From Eledone cirrhosa (taxonomy: Eukaryota): DNA of 64,000 nucleotides. Below are positions 63,342-64,000 of this stretch, in pieces. Where the stretch lies: positions 18,910,001-18,974,000 of the forward strand of contig OZ024741.1 in the NCBI GenBank assembly GCA_964016885.1, in the 5' to 3' direction. The notes under the pieces were generated by a model. That model made no database searches. It had not been told where the DNA came from and saw nothing but the letters and a program-made list of their open reading frames with translations. Position 1 is the stretch's first letter. The number at the start of each line of letters is the position of its first letter. A program made the position numbers and the translations under genes.

Positions 63342-63450
63342 GAGAAATCTATTGAGATTAAAACGAAATTAGATCTTCCTCATTTAAGAGATCCAAACCT
63401 CATTAAAGACAATGATTTAACATCATTGAATTATCTCAATGAACCAGAAG
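63342..63450 (+). CDS. Myo5: class V unconventional myosin, internal exon (start of motor domain)
   Basis: ttacag|GAG...CCAGAAG|gtaggt, 109 nt. EKSIEIKTKLDLPHLRDPNLIKDNDLTSLNYLNEPE matches the myosin V motif [26 protein letters not shown]. The phase-1 end joins the next exon in frame. Confidence 0.88.
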
Positions 63451-63536
63451 GTAGGTTATTTACTCTCTCTCTCTCATCATTCTTGTAGGCTCTGATGTGT
63501 CAACAGCACTGCCATTCTCTACCTAACTAAACATTA

Positions 63537-63630
63537 ACACACACACACACACACTTACAGACACACATACACACACACACACTTACAGACACACATACAC
63601 ATACACACACACACTTACACATACACACAC
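63537..63630. repeat. (CA)n microsatellite
   Basis: Interrupted CA tract in the myosin intron. Confidence 0.9.
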
Positions 63631-63726
63631 AAGGTTCAGCTGAAAAGTTTATAAGATGACCAAGATACTCTCGTGGAATGACCAAATAAGGTCTATTTTT
63701 CAACATACTCCTTGGAAAGAAACAAT
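63629..63726. mobile_element. left half of a second mariner-type MITE copy
   Basis: TCAGCTGAAAAGTTTATAAGATGACCAAGATACTCTCGTGGAATGACCAAAT matches 62715-62805. Confidence 0.75.
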
Positions 63727-63861
63727 GCATCCCACTACATATTACTGTATATATATATACACACACACATTTAAGTACACAATGCATCCCACTACATATT
63801 ACTGTATATATATACACACACACACATTTAAGTACACAATGCATCCCACTACATATTACTG

Positions 63862-63897
<36 letters not shown>

Positions 63898-63904
63898 TTT
63901 AAGT
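63722..63904. repeat. ~57-70 bp tandem repeat, 3 copies
   Basis: ACAATGCATCCCACTACATATTACTG(TA)n(CA)nTTTAAGT repeated. Confidence 0.85.
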
Positions 63905-63943
63905 TTAATATTCTACATAAAACTCATTCTGTTTGTATTTCAG

Positions 63944-64000
63944 TTCTACATACACTCAAGGTCCGCTTTATTGATAAGAATATATTCTACACATACTGTG
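63944..64000 (+). CDS. Myo5: class V unconventional myosin, next exon (gene continues beyond window)
   Basis: tgtatttcag|TT CTA CAT...; with the upstream G it reads VLHTLKVRFIDKNIFYTYC(G), matching myosin V [20 protein letters not shown]. Too short for the ORF track. Confidence 0.9.

Noticed and set aside
62877-63488. 203-aa poly-Leu ORF and antisense poly-Asn ORF
   Set aside because: Trinucleotide microsatellite. Only 63342-63450 is a real exon.

Overview
AT-rich, repeat-dominated eukaryotic (animal) DNA. The SINE, RTE and microsatellite repertoire resembles octopus (coleoid cephalopod) genomes; this is an inference from recalled repeat families, not a database hit. About 70% of the window is tandem repeat: a 20-bp array (~3.2-9.2 kb), a 596-copy 58-bp satellite (9174-43740), a second, different 58/61-bp array (~52.4-53.3 kb), a 48-bp array (~54.7-58.3 kb) and a 38-bp array (~58.7-59.5 kb). 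The rest holds a 5'-truncated, frameshifted RTE LINE with a PHD-like finger inside its RT, fragments of two other RTE families, several tRNA-derived SINEs (two with TSDs), piggyBac-type and mariner-type MITEs and a Helitron end. The only well-supported host gene is two spliced exons of a class V myosin at the right edge (63342-63450, 63944-64000). The long ORFs in the ORF track are satellite read-through. The most interesting pattern is that three arrays trace to different segments of the (CAT)n-tailed RTE 3'UTR/SINE family, with 3-copy incipient arrays also present. The 34.6-kb satellite is bracketed by fold-back copies of its own unit. A bipartite RTE-derived element carries a candidate, degenerate HDV-like ribozyme. 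I see no CRISPR-like or other clearly new protein-coding system.
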